Positions 17,264 to 27,470 of a stretch of 64,000 bases of DNA are shown here, piece by piece (the first letter of the stretch is position 1; the number at the start of each line of letters is the position of its first letter). Origin of the DNA: an uncultured bacterium (GTDB taxonomy: Bacteria > Patescibacteriota > Minisyncoccia > UBA6257 > 2-01-FULL-56-20). The stretch lies in contig CAVOJZ010000002.1 of NCBI GenBank assembly GCA_963696395.1, positions 363,989-427,988 on the forward strand. The letters are read 5' to 3'. Under the pieces are notes generated by a model that saw nothing but the letters and a program-made list of their open reading frames with translations, searched no databases and was not told where the DNA came from. Made by a program: the position numbers and the translations under genes.

Positions 17264-18375
17264 GAATTGTTAATGAGATCCCTCATCCACGCCGTCTGGC
17301 CTTTAAGCCCCGTCGGTTGCCACGATGCGGCCGTGAAATGGGTGAACGTGCCATACATACGAGTATAAACCCCGGGCATAACTTCAGTCCACGGAGCGCT
17401 ATCATAGTCGCAGGTCCCTGGGAGCAATAATAGCTTCGGCCCATCAACGGGTTGTTTCCCGCCGTTATCGAGACCCCACGTCGGAAGAAAATTTGGCGCC
17501 TTTTTTTTGAAGCGCTCGGTACGGAAAAATGAAAATCCCGGCCAGACATAATAAATCGGCGACCAGAAATGCCAAAACGGCAAACGAGCGACAATTGCGC
17601 CCCACGCGTCGCTCGTCCCCATCATCTCGAGGATAGAGACCGGCTCGGTCGGGAACATATCGCCGTCGATGAGTCCGAAAACTTCGGGCTTAAATCGCTC
17701 TATGATGTTGTGATATCCCCAATCAAGACCGAAAGCGTGTGAGGTGCCGTCTTTCCAGCGCGCCCAGGCATCGTGCCTTTGGAGGCGTACGTAATTGATT
17801 TTTTGGCTTTCGCAATATTTCCTTACGCGCTCCGACCGACCCGTTTCGTCTGTGTTATCAAGCACGAAATATTCGAAGGGGTCTTTAATAAATTTTTTGC
17901 AGGCCTCATAGTGTAGCTCCACCGTGTCCGCGTCATAAAAAACCACGTTAATAAGAAATAGTCTTTTGGAATCCGGGTTGTAAAGAACCTCAGAAGCCGC
18001 CGGCGTGGAATAAAATTTTTTATCCATCTGAGGTCGGACAAAAATCTTTTCCCAATATTTCTTAAGTCGTTTTAAAGTGGTCGGCGGCGTGGGGAATGTA
18101 AATTTAATGCTTTCGTCATAACGAATACTCACGCCGCACTCGGAGCACTTGCCCACCGGCTGGAGGCTCCCGATGAATTCCGCATGTTTTTTACACATCG
18201 GCCGGTCAGGATGAAATTTATGGTCATCCCAAAAAAGGACCATATTGGAATATTGCCTGCTCAAAAGTTGATCGATGACAGCACGGCGTCCCGTAACGCG
18301 GCCGAAGTAAAAGAGGAACGCGATCGCTGCAACTATAAGGATGAGAATAATGTTGATGATCATATTTTGATCCAA
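17260..18375 (-). CDS. hypothetical membrane-anchored protein, possibly a divergent GT-A-like glycosyltransferase
   Basis: 371 aa with an N-terminal TM helix. VLDNTDETGRS and GLIDGDMFP resemble GT-A D-rich motifs. It is embedded in the glycan operon. Confidence 0.3.
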   Translation of the reverse strand: MDQNMIINIILILIVAAIAFLFYFGRVTGRRAVIDQLLSRQYSNMVLFWDDHKFHPDRPMCKKHAEFIGSLQPVGKCSECGVSIRYDESIKFTFPTPPTTLKRLKKYWEKIFVRPQMDKKFYSTPAASEVLYNPDSKRLFLINVVFYDADTVELHYEACKKFIKDPFEYFVLDNTDETGRSERVRKYCESQKINYVRLQRHDAWARWKDGTSHAFGLDWGYHNIIERFKPEVFGLIDGDMFPTEPVSILEMMGTSDAWGAIVARLPFWHFWSPIYYVWPGFSFFRTERFKKKAPNFLPTWGLDNGGKQPVDGPKLLLLPGTCDYDSAPWTEVMPGVYTRMYGTFTHFTAASWQPTGLKGQTAWMRDLINNS

Positions 18376-19265
18376 CTTTCAGGAGCGACGTCGCGCGTAT
18401 CGGTGAGTGGATTGACCAACCACTGCTTCGGCGCAACAACGACCTTGCCCGGATTCCGAGAGAGCCACGCGGCCCACCAAGCAAACGAACTGTTTGGGAT
18501 AATGAAATGCTTACAGAGCGTCATGAGATGAAGGGCATTCGCGCATTCCGGCCCATTATGCTCGTCTCCAACGAACACATGCTCGACATCAATTTTAAAG
18601 TTTTCACGACACCAGTCAATCTCGTCGGATGAGATATAAAATACGGGATTCGAACCCGCTTTCTCTTTCATTATCGCAATCGCACGTTCATAGTACTCCG
18701 GCGTCGCCACGTAATAAAGCTTGCGTAAGCGCTCGAGACGAACCGTTTCTTTTCGTCTGATAAAAAGCGAAACAGCATTTACCTGCGAAATTTGTTTAGC
18801 CAGATCTGCGGTCTTACCCCCAAGCGAAGGACGAAATTTAAAATCTCCCCTAATCTCGGGCTCATATTGATGGAAGTATTTTTCCGACTGGAAATATCCG
18901 TCCAGATAAATATCGCCCTTGAATTTAAAAAAGTCTGGGTTGAAGACATATGGGTTTGAATCTCCGATGTATTGCCACACACCAAGCCCCGCCATCGTAC
19001 GCGCATAAAACTTATTTATTGCTTTGGCCACGTATGGTATGCGCACCCGTGATTGAATCTTAGCGACTGCGGCATAACGCGGGTCGATGGAAAAAACCGT
19101 TGGAAGCCCGTAAGTGCGGATGGGGTTGTCTTTCCAGGGCGTCGGATCGAAAAGCGGCGACGGATCAATTCGCAAACCGTCATTATTGTGGAGCGAAAGT
19201 GCGCGGCCGGCTGCATACTGGAACATCTGATTGCCGAGGCCTCCGTGAATCCGCGCAGTAATCAT
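18360..19265 (-). CDS. glycosyltransferase family 11 (alpha-1,2-fucosyltransferase-like), copy A
   Basis: N-terminal IHGGLGNQMFQYAAG is the GT11 hallmark. Confidence 0.75.
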   Translation of the reverse strand: MITARIHGGLGNQMFQYAAGRALSLHNNDGLRIDPSPLFDPTPWKDNPIRTYGLPTVFSIDPRYAAVAKIQSRVRIPYVAKAINKFYARTMAGLGVWQYIGDSNPYVFNPDFFKFKGDIYLDGYFQSEKYFHQYEPEIRGDFKFRPSLGGKTADLAKQISQVNAVSLFIRRKETVRLERLRKLYYVATPEYYERAIAIMKEKAGSNPVFYISSDEIDWCRENFKIDVEHVFVGDEHNGPECANALHLMTLCKHFIIPNSSFAWWAAWLSRNPGKVVVAPKQWLVNPLTDTRDVAPESWIKI

Positions 19266-19495
19266 GATAGTTAGGGTAGCTTATTTGCAAGAATCTTTCA
19301 AACAATTACGGAACTCGGCGGTCTTCGCTTGAGGCAAAGAGATAATGAGCGGTCGACATGATTCTCAAAATCACCACAGCCACAACATAACGGCTGCGGT
19401 CCGGGACACAGTCTCCCGATTGTGTCCGTTTTTTATTTACAAAAAACCGCCGGGGCAAGATGCCTCGGCGATGCTGTTAAACTGTAAGTTATATT

Positions 19496-20320
19496 TCAGC
19501 TTTTGAGCGCTTCCAGAATGGTGTCTAGCTTCTCCTGGTTGATCGCGGCCACCATGTCGCCGCATCGTTCCGGTGTGCATGGTTTGCCGTTGAAGTCGGT
19601 GATAATGCCACCGGCTTCTTCAATGAGCAGCCACGCCGGCCAATTATCCCACGGCTTATTGCCGACACTCACAAACGCGTCAGCTCTTCCCATCGCAACG
19701 GTCGTGGCGGCAACGCACGTTGACATACCCGGACGCACGGTGATGCGCGACCCAAGCAACGATATCGGCGGCTTGAAGAATTTCTTGGATGACCCTTCAA
19801 GCATCACCACGAGCCGATCCTGCTTCCGTGCCTTTGCGGCATCCAGTCGATGGTACTCACCGTGCTCGCCACACCACTGCCACGCCCCCTCCCCGCGAAC
19901 CGCGTAGAAGAAGCCATTCTTTCGCAGGAAGTGGTCAACCGGTCGGAAAAGCGCCGCATAGACGATATGTTAAGCTTTACGCCGAGCGACCATGCCTCCG
20001 AAAGAGTTCGTGCCCAAGGCGTGATTGCCGGTGCCATCAAGTCCGTCGACCGACCACTGAGGAAAAATACTTTTCAGTATTTCTGTCAGTTCTTCGGCGC
20101 TACGGTTGTCTTCTTCCCCGATGATATCGTCGCCCGGGAAACAGTCACTGATAGTTTTCCTTAACTGGGCAAGCGTGAAATGGTCAAGACTGCCAACGGG
20201 AGTATCGTCCGCCTTAATCTTGGTTGCCATCTCGGCGTGAGCCGTTGCGATATAGTGCGGAGCAAGCGAGTCGAAGCATAGACCCAAAGCTGCCGTCGTT
20301 CTTGTGTATTCACTAAACAC
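19496..20320 (-). pseudogene. inositol monophosphatase/CysQ-family gene disrupted by two frame changes
   Basis: Three consecutive minus-strand ORFs in three frames (20320-19970, 20040-19804, 19810-19496). Together they carry the WSVDGLDGTGN (DPxDGT-like) and WDNWPAWLLIEEAGG (WDxAAG-like) IMPase motifs. A paralog at 31102-31923 is intact. Confidence 0.45.
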
Positions 20321-20367
20321 AAAAAACCTCCTTCTGATTGCTGGCGATATTATATCGCTTTTTACGC

Positions 20368-20928
20368 TTACGTCAATTCGATTACCGGAGGATTGTTCTT
20401 ATCAATCAGCGGCCAATTTGCGTCTTTGTCGGAAATGATTGTCGGCGTCTTGAATGGCCATTCGATAGCGAAGAACGGATCATTCCAGCGCAGGCCGCGC
20501 TCGTGCTCGGGCGAATAAGCTTCGGTTACGAAATATTGCAACTCGGAATCATTTTCAAGAACCTGAATGCCGTTCACGCACCCTTTCGGGCAGATCACCA
20601 TATTGAACTTATCCGGAGAAAGTTCAACGGTGAGCCATTGACCGTACGTCGGCGATCCTTTGCGAATATCGGCAACGGCCCAGAAAATCCTGCCGCGGAG
20701 GCATTGCAACATTTTATCCTCTGCTTTCGGAGGCACCTGGTAATGGAGACCTCGCGTCGTGCCTTTCACTTTGCTGAGTGAGCGGTTGATGTGAACAATA
20801 TTGTAGTCGATTCCCTGTTTGGCAAATTCTTCCTTCGCAAAATTCCGCGTGAAATAGCCACGCTCATCCATCCGGGGTTCGAGCTCGATAATCCAGACGC
20901 CGTTAATTTTTGTTTGCGTAAATTTCAT
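20368..20928 (-). CDS. dTDP-4-dehydrorhamnose 3,5-epimerase-like cupin (RmlC family; probably an NDP-6-deoxy-sugar/heptose 3,5-epimerase)
   Basis: MKFTQTKINGVWIIELEPRMDERGYFTRNF is the RmlC N-terminal pattern. The start is taken at the internal ATG at 20928. Confidence 0.65.
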   Translation of the reverse strand: MKFTQTKINGVWIIELEPRMDERGYFTRNFAKEEFAKQGIDYNIVHINRSLSKVKGTTRGLHYQVPPKAEDKMLQCLRGRIFWAVADIRKGSPTYGQWLTVELSPDKFNMVICPKGCVNGIQVLENDSELQYFVTEAYSPEHERGLRWNDPFFAIEWPFKTPTIISDKDANWPLIDKNNPPVIELT

Positions 20929-20992
20929 AGCTTGATCTTCTCGATGATTATACAAATATTACAAAATCGGCGCAATTATTATGCAATCCCCT

Positions 20993-21844
20993 TTATCGAT
21001 ATGACGCAAGCATGGCGCGTATCCCCTTGCGGATATCCACCGCAGGCTTCCATCCGATCTCTTTTTTCACGCGCGAAACTTCGGCATAGAATCCCGTCGC
21101 TTTCCCGCGTCCCGCGATCACTTTCCTGCCGTAGATAATCTCCGCGATCTCCCGCACGCCCGTCACCCTGCCTGATCCAAGATTGAATACCGAACTCTTG
21201 GCGTCCTTTTCGACGAGCATCCGGAGCCCGCGGGCAATGTCGCCCACGTACACAAAATCATTACCGCCGTTCGGATTTTTCACCTGCGGCATTTCACCGC
21301 GAAGCTTGCTCTCGATGAGATGCGGAATAAGCGATGCTGATTTCTGCCCGGGGCCATACACATAAAAAATTCTCCCCCAAACGAAACGCATGCCATAGGC
21401 CTGCGCTGCCGCTGCGCCGATGCGATGCAGAGCGATCTTCGAAGCCGGAAACGGTTTTTCAATTTTGACGGCGTCGTCTTCGCTCACCTTGCCAAGATCC
21501 ACGCCATACTCCCAGCAACTGCCCGTCGCGACAATCTTTTTGCATTTTGCATTGCCAAGTGCGCGGACAAGATTCATGCCGTACACAAGGTTCCGCATGC
21601 TGGCTTCGGGGCCGTAATCGGGGATGCCCTCCCATGCCATATGGAGCGCGGCGTCCGGTTTGAATTTCCTGAGTTGTTTTTCCCATGTGGCGAGTGTCGA
21701 AAGATCGCCGCGAATATAGCTTGTCTTGCGCGAAGGCGTATGCTTGCCACGCGAAAGAACAAGGAGCGTGTGTCCACGCTTCTTCAACTCTTCAACCGCG
21801 TGGCGTCCTACAAATCCAGTTCCGCCGGTTACGAAAATTTTCAT
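20993..21844 (-). CDS. NAD(P)-dependent sugar nucleotide reductase/epimerase (SDR extended family)
   Basis: MKIFVTGGTGFVGRH. Its stop overlaps the start of the upstream gene. Confidence 0.6.
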   Translation of the reverse strand: MKIFVTGGTGFVGRHAVEELKKRGHTLLVLSRGKHTPSRKTSYIRGDLSTLATWEKQLRKFKPDAALHMAWEGIPDYGPEASMRNLVYGMNLVRALGNAKCKKIVATGSCWEYGVDLGKVSEDDAVKIEKPFPASKIALHRIGAAAAQAYGMRFVWGRIFYVYGPGQKSASLIPHLIESKLRGEMPQVKNPNGGNDFVYVGDIARGLRMLVEKDAKSSVFNLGSGRVTGVREIAEIIYGRKVIAGRGKATGFYAEVSRVKKEIGWKPAVDIRKGIRAMLASYR

Positions 21845-23031
21845 GGACGTATGATTGATTTTACCACGCCGAGCAGGTCGCCATTCGATTCCATGAGGAC
21901 GGCTTCGGCGCCCGCGGCCCAGGCGGCTTCCGCATCACGGGGGTCATCGCCAATCATCATTGTTTTCGTGGCGTCAAAATAGTGTTCGTTCGCAGCGCGA
22001 AATATGAGGCCCGGCTTTGGTTTGCGGCAATCGCAATCCTCGTTGAAGCCGTGAGTACAATAATAGGTTCCGGAAAAAACAACACCGGATTTTTTGAGTT
22101 CTTCTTTCATCCGCTCGTCAATGTCATCCAAATCTTTCTGGGCCATGGTTCCCTTCGCGACGCCGGGCTGATTAGAAATGAGATAAAGCTCATATCCGTT
22201 ATCGCGCAAAAGCTTGAGGCCTTCGATTGCATGCGGCAAAAAATGAAATCCGTTCCGTTGCCTCACCTGCTCGCCTTCGGGCGGCCGCTCGTTGATCACG
22301 CCGTCGCGATCGAGAAACATAATTTTCCTCGGTTCGAAAAATTTTTCCGTGATCGGCAACCGCTCAATAGATCCGAGACTGTAATACTGGTGGCTCGTCA
22401 TATATCCGGCGAGTTTGCGCATGGCGATAAGTTTCGGGAACACTTCTTTTTCAAAATGGAAATCTCCCTCTGGAGCAAGATCAAGCACCGCTTTGTCGAG
22501 AATGAGAAAACCGATATCAACGCCGTTCAAGCCCGGCTCCGTCCTGCTCCTGTCGTACTTTGCCACATAGCCGTCTTTATCCACCAACATATTGTTCTTC
22601 GTCGTTTTGGTGTTGTTGTCGAACACAACGACCGACGCCGGCACTTTTTGCTTTTCATAAAATGCCGTCAGATTCTTAAGATCGAGCGGCCAATAGTTGT
22701 CGCAATACATCAGGAGGAAACGGTCGTCGATAAACGGCGCCGCATGCATAAGGCGCGCGCCGGTGTCGTACTCAACCGGAGTAACGTCGTAGGTGATATG
22801 GACGCCAAACTTTGACCCGTCGCCAAAATGGTCCTCGATTTTATCGGGCAGATAGCCGAGCAACATAAGGATCTCCGTAATGCCATTCGCGCGGAGAAGC
22901 TCAACCAAATATTCAAGAAACGGCCGCCCCTGGATGGGAATCATGGGCTTCGGCATGGTGTCCGTGAGCGGACGCATGCGCGTGCCGAGGCCGCCGGCGA
23001 AGATAACCGCCTGTTTTATTTTTTTGCCCAT
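21841..23031 (-). CDS. bifunctional D-glycero-alpha-D-manno-heptose 1-phosphate guanylyltransferase (HddC-like) / D,D-heptose 1,7-bisphosphate phosphatase (GmhB-like HAD) fusion
   Basis: The N-terminal half, QAVIFAGGLGTRMRPLT, is a sugar-1-P nucleotidylyltransferase. The C-terminal half, KIMFLDRDGVINE...YLISNQPGVAKG...GDDPRD, carries the HAD motifs typical of GmhB. Confidence 0.65.
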   Translation of the reverse strand: MGKKIKQAVIFAGGLGTRMRPLTDTMPKPMIPIQGRPFLEYLVELLRANGITEILMLLGYLPDKIEDHFGDGSKFGVHITYDVTPVEYDTGARLMHAAPFIDDRFLLMYCDNYWPLDLKNLTAFYEKQKVPASVVVFDNNTKTTKNNMLVDKDGYVAKYDRSRTEPGLNGVDIGFLILDKAVLDLAPEGDFHFEKEVFPKLIAMRKLAGYMTSHQYYSLGSIERLPITEKFFEPRKIMFLDRDGVINERPPEGEQVRQRNGFHFLPHAIEGLKLLRDNGYELYLISNQPGVAKGTMAQKDLDDIDERMKEELKKSGVVFSGTYYCTHGFNEDCDCRKPKPGLIFRAANEHYFDATKTMMIGDDPRDAEAAWAAGAEAVLMESNGDLLGVVKSIIRP

Positions 23032-24053
23032 TGCAATCCGTCGTCGAGTCGTTGGCCTTCCAAAAGAAAATTAATCTGTTTCAGACGATTGCATGAGCGG
23101 CCCCGGAATTGTTCTTCGGTGAGATTCACTTTCTTGAAAAATTCAACGAGTTCTTTTCCTCCGTTATCCAAATTCCATTGCGGCTTAAAGTAATCCTTGA
23201 GGACGGTAAGAATTTTATCGAAGCTCACGCGATACGTGCGCGAATCGGCTCCGTGCTCGCCGGTAAACTTGAGCTCGCTTCCGGGGACAGCGCGCTGGGC
23301 CGCCTCCGCGAGATTGCGCACGGTGAAATTACCGTTCGGAATACCGACATTGAACGATTGTCCTCCAACGAGGTTTACCGGTGCTTCGAGGCCGGCGATG
23401 TAGGCAGCCGAGACGTCGCGCACGTGCACCACTGGCCGCCACGGCGTGCCGTCGCTCTTGATTTCGATTTTGCCCGTGACGAATGCCGAGCCTACCAGGC
23501 TGTTATAAACGATGTCGGCGCGGAAATTCGGGCTTGCGCCGAAAACGGTTGAAGGGCGCATGCAGACAACCACGAAATCGTTTGAATGTAATTTCTTGAG
23601 CGCGACTTCCGCGTCCCACTTGGTGCGCGCGTAGGCGGTGACGCCATAAGGACCGGCTTCGTCTTCCGAAAGCTCATGGCTCGTATCGGCCATGCCATAC
23701 ATGCTCTGTGAAGAGGAATAGATAAACCGTTTCACGCCGGCCTTCTTGGCGAGCTCCGCAATTTTGAGCGTGCCGCCCAGGTTGATTTCTTCCGTAAGCC
23801 CCGGCTTCAATTCGCCCAGCGGATCGTTCGAAAGCGCGGCGAGGTGGATAATGGCATCGATCCCCTGCACGTCGTCAATGTTTGCGGCGCGGACATCTTT
23901 TGTGATCTGGCGGGTTGGCTTTGCGCCGGCCATTAAATAGCAATCCTCGTAATAACCCGTGTCGAAGCCAACCACTTCGTGCCCTTTGGCCAAAAGCATT
24001 TCTGTGAGTACGGATCCGATATAACCGCGATTGCCGGTAACAAGAATTTTCAT
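23016..24053 (-). CDS. NAD-dependent epimerase/dehydratase family, paralog B
   Basis: MKILVTGNRGYIGS and a YxxxK motif (YARTK). Start at the ATG at 24053. Confidence 0.6.
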   Translation of the reverse strand: MKILVTGNRGYIGSVLTEMLLAKGHEVVGFDTGYYEDCYLMAGAKPTRQITKDVRAANIDDVQGIDAIIHLAALSNDPLGELKPGLTEEINLGGTLKIAELAKKAGVKRFIYSSSQSMYGMADTSHELSEDEAGPYGVTAYARTKWDAEVALKKLHSNDFVVVCMRPSTVFGASPNFRADIVYNSLVGSAFVTGKIEIKSDGTPWRPVVHVRDVSAAYIAGLEAPVNLVGGQSFNVGIPNGNFTVRNLAEAAQRAVPGSELKFTGEHGADSRTYRVSFDKILTVLKDYFKPQWNLDNGGKELVEFFKKVNLTEEQFRGRSCNRLKQINFLLEGQRLDDGLQWAKK

Positions 24054-24143
24054 AATATGGGTACTATAGGATAAAGCGAACGGAAAATAAAGAGGCAGGC
24101 CCGGCAAACAAGCTCAATTTCGTAAATATAGTATACTCCCTTT

Positions 24144-25607
24144 ATGCTTTCGAGGATAAAAAGCTTCCTGTTCCGGAACAGCTCCACCAAGCAAACGGTC
24201 GCCAAAAACACCGTCTGGCTCACCATTTCCAACTTTGGCGGCCGCCTCATAAAAGCCGTCGTCATCATCTATGCCGCCCGCGTGATGGGCGCGGCCGACT
24301 ATGGAGTTTTCTCGTACGCGCTAACGCTTGCCGGGTTTTTCACGCTCCTAATTGATCCGGGGCTGAATGCGGTCATCATGCGCGATGCATCAAAAAGCGA
24401 CGACGAGCGCCGCATTGAAATATTTTCGACGACGGCATTCATCAAATTAGTACTCCTCGTCGTCGGCGTTTTCTTTGTTGTCTTTGTCGCGCCATTCTTC
24501 AGCACGTTGCCGGGAGCCCAAATCCTTCTTCCAATCGTCGCCTTCATTATCGTCTTCGACAATCTGCGCGATTACCTTTTCTGTTTTATCCGCATCCGCG
24601 AAAAGATGGAACTCGAAGCCGGTATCTACCTCGCGATGAATATCGCGATCGTCATCCTGGGATTCATAGCACTCCACGTCCACCCGACACCCCTCAACTT
24701 CGGCCTATCGTACGTTGCCGGCTTATCGCTCGGTTTCCTCGCGGCGCTGTGGACCGCACGCGGATATTTGCCGACCATCTTTTCAAAATTTAAAAAGAGC
24801 ATCATCCGCCCGCTTCTTGAGTCGGCGTGGCCGTTTGCCGTAACGGGCGCGCTGGGTATCCTCCTTACGAATACCGACATCCTCATCATCAGCTGGATGC
24901 GCACGGCGATTGACGTCGGCATCTATTCCGCCGGCATCCGCATCGTCCAGGTGTTCTACCTCATCCCGACCGTGGTGCAATACGCAACACTCCCCTTACT
25001 CGCACGACTTGCGAATAAAGATAATGGAAAATTCAGGACGGTATTTGAGCGGACCATCGGCACCATGTTCCTTCTTTCGATACCGCTCGCGATAGGCGGT
25101 GTCGTGGTGGGCACGCAGGTGATGAGCGCCGTCTTCGGGAGTTCGTATGCAAGCGGCGGTTTGGCTTTCAAGATACTCATGCTTACCATGCTCGTTGATT
25201 TTCCCGCGACCGTCATCGCAAATGCTGTTTTCATCTACAATCGCCAAAAAAGCCTGATCGTCACTTCGGCAATTGCAGGTGTCATGAATATCGTTTTTGA
25301 CCTTATATTGATCCCCCCGTTCGGCATGGCCGGCTCAGCAATTGCAACGCTTATCGCGCAGGGCGCGAGCAACTGGTATCTGTGGAGCACGCTGAAAAAG
25401 ATAAACTACTTTGAGGTTTTGCCGCGCCTCGGCAAGGCTGCGGCCGCCGGCGTTATCATGGGTCTTGCGACGGCGCTGCTCGTAGCTACCGGGCTCAATA
25501 TATTTGTAACCATCCTTATCGGCGCCCTTGTGTATGCGCTCCTCTTATATTTCTTACGCGAACCGTTGTTTTTGGAAATTGGCAAAATAGCGCTCGTCAC
25601 AGAATAA
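24144..25607 (+). CDS. wzx: Wzx-type polysaccharide flippase, copy 2
   Basis: 487 aa. Colinear and clearly homologous with copy 1, with a large fraction of identical positions by eye (for example MLSRIKSFLFRNSSTKQTVAKNTVWLTISNFGGRLIK). Confidence 0.65.
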   Translation: MLSRIKSFLFRNSSTKQTVAKNTVWLTISNFGGRLIKAVVIIYAARVMGAADYGVFSYALTLAGFFTLLIDPGLNAVIMRDASKSDDERRIEIFSTTAFIKLVLLVVGVFFVVFVAPFFSTLPGAQILLPIVAFIIVFDNLRDYLFCFIRIREKMELEAGIYLAMNIAIVILGFIALHVHPTPLNFGLSYVAGLSLGFLAALWTARGYLPTIFSKFKKSIIRPLLESAWPFAVTGALGILLTNTDILIISWMRTAIDVGIYSAGIRIVQVFYLIPTVVQYATLPLLARLANKDNGKFRTVFERTIGTMFLLSIPLAIGGVVVGTQVMSAVFGSSYASGGLAFKILMLTMLVDFPATVIANAVFIYNRQKSLIVTSAIAGVMNIVFDLILIPPFGMAGSAIATLIAQGASNWYLWSTLKKINYFEVLPRLGKAAAAGVIMGLATALLVATGLNIFVTILIGALVYALLLYFLREPLFLEIGKIALVTE

Positions 25608-25709
25608 ACGCGGGCTTTGACCGGGGTTAGAGTTGCCAATTTCCAACAATGGCTTATTCTTAAGAGCGTTATCAGCAGGCGCGATTAATCAATAAAAACA
25701 TTCATTATT

Positions 25710-27464
25710 ATGGAAAAAATCAGTGTCGCAAAATATTTGATTTCGCTCATTCCCGGCACTGGCGTCGATACCGTTGGAGTGCTCCAGGGTGGCGCCATCG
25801 CAAAACTTATCGATGAAGTGGGCGAACATCCCGACCTCTCCTATGTTTCGCCCAACCATGAACAGGCGCTTTCCATGATGGTCGAGGCCTATGCCCGCGT
25901 TAAAGGTTTCGGCGTCGGCATGGTTACGAGCGGACCCGGCGCACAGAATCTTGTGACCGGCATCGCCTCCGCCTATTACGATTCCATCCCCTGCCTTTTT
26001 ATAACCGGCCAGGTCGGTATGTTCCACAACAAAGCGAATCGCCGCGTCCGACAGCGTGGCTTCCAGGAAACGGACGTCGTGAGCCTCATGAAGTCGATAA
26101 CGAAATACTCCGTGCTCCTCGACAAACCGGAGGATGCCCGTTACATTTTTGAAAAAGCGGTTCACCTCGCAAAGTCCGGCAGGCCGGGGCCGGTGCTCAT
26201 CGACGTTCCTTTTAACGTTCAACGGGCGCTTGTTGACCCGTCGGAACTCCGCGCCTACAACCCGGAACCAGTCGAGACGTCATCGCCTGCAGAAATCGAC
26301 CATGGCATCACGGAAATCCTCCACGATCTTCAGACAAAAGAAAAGCCGATCATTCTCCTTGGCGGTGGTGTCGAGCTTTCGAAGACCGCAGGAGCGGTGC
26401 GAAAGCTCGTAAAGCACGCGCACGTGCCGGCCGTCGTCACCTGGTGCGCGCTCGATGTTTTTGAAGCGAACGACCCGCTCTATGGCGGCAACGTCGGCCG
26501 TGCCGGCAATAAATCGGCCAATCGGGCAATCCGCGAAGCCGATTTTGTTCTCGCGCTCGGCACCCGGTTTGCAACGAAAGCTATTATCAGCGAAAAAAAC
26601 TTTGCGACGAAAGCAAAAATCACCACCATTGATGCCGACCGTGGCGAACTGGAAGACGGCCTCATCACTTCACACGTCAAAATTCAATCGACGCTCGAAA
26701 AATTTATGCCGCCGCTTCTTGCCGCTGCAGAAAAGGTGAAATTTACGCCGAAGCAGGCATGGCTCGAGGAATTCGCGGCGCTCAAAGCTGACTATTTCCG
26801 CGAAGATAATACGCCGGCCGGAAGTGCCTATGTGAGCCCTTATGAATTCACGGCACGGCTCTCAAAGGCAATGGATCCGAACACGATTATCGTCGGCGAC
26901 ACCGGCACAAACCTTTGCTGGGTCGCACAGGCGTACGAGGCAAAAATCGGCCAACGGTTCTTTTCGTCTTGGGGCAATTCGCCCATGGGATATGCTCTGC
27001 CGGCGTCCATCGGCGCACAGATCGCAGCGAAAGACAAAACGGTTGTCTGCATCACGGGCGACGGCGGCATGCAAATGAATATCCAGGAACTGCAAACGAT
27101 CGCCCTGCATAAATTCCCGGTAAAAGTTTTCGTCTTTAATAATGATTGTTATATGAACGTGAAAGCTCCATCAATCGACGAATTTGAGGGACGGTACCAC
27201 GCGCTCGGCCGGGGCATGGGTTATGCCGCGCCAGATTTCGTAAAAATCGCGAATGCCTACGGCATCGAAGCGTTCTCCATCAAAAAGGGCGACGATTTGG
27301 ACAAGAAAATTCAGCAGGCACTTTCCACGAAGGGGCCGGTTGTGGTTGACCTGAAGCTCGATCCCGATCAGCGTGCCGTCGAGGATAATGCGCTGGTCTC
27401 GCTCCCCGCGTTTGCTGCCCAGCCAAAATCGGGCGCTCCAGCCACTCCGGAAACAAAAAAATAA
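25710..27464 (+). CDS. thiamine-diphosphate-dependent acetolactate-synthase-like enzyme (YerE-like branched-sugar carboligase candidate)
   Basis: Three-domain ALS-like layout: an N-terminal pyrimidine-binding domain, a central LLGGGV domain, and a C-terminal ITGDGGMQMNIQEL...NN ThDP-binding motif (GDG-x24-NN). Confidence 0.65.
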   Translation: MEKISVAKYLISLIPGTGVDTVGVLQGGAIAKLIDEVGEHPDLSYVSPNHEQALSMMVEAYARVKGFGVGMVTSGPGAQNLVTGIASAYYDSIPCLFITGQVGMFHNKANRRVRQRGFQETDVVSLMKSITKYSVLLDKPEDARYIFEKAVHLAKSGRPGPVLIDVPFNVQRALVDPSELRAYNPEPVETSSPAEIDHGITEILHDLQTKEKPIILLGGGVELSKTAGAVRKLVKHAHVPAVVTWCALDVFEANDPLYGGNVGRAGNKSANRAIREADFVLALGTRFATKAIISEKNFATKAKITTIDADRGELEDGLITSHVKIQSTLEKFMPPLLAAAEKVKFTPKQAWLEEFAALKADYFREDNTPAGSAYVSPYEFTARLSKAMDPNTIIVGDTGTNLCWVAQAYEAKIGQRFFSSWGNSPMGYALPASIGAQIAAKDKTVVCITGDGGMQMNIQELQTIALHKFPVKVFVFNNDCYMNVKAPSIDEFEGRYHALGRGMGYAAPDFVKIANAYGIEAFSIKKGDDLDKKIQQALSTKGPVVVDLKLDPDQRAVEDNALVSLPAFAAQPKSGAPATPETKK

Positions 27465-27470
27465 ATAACT

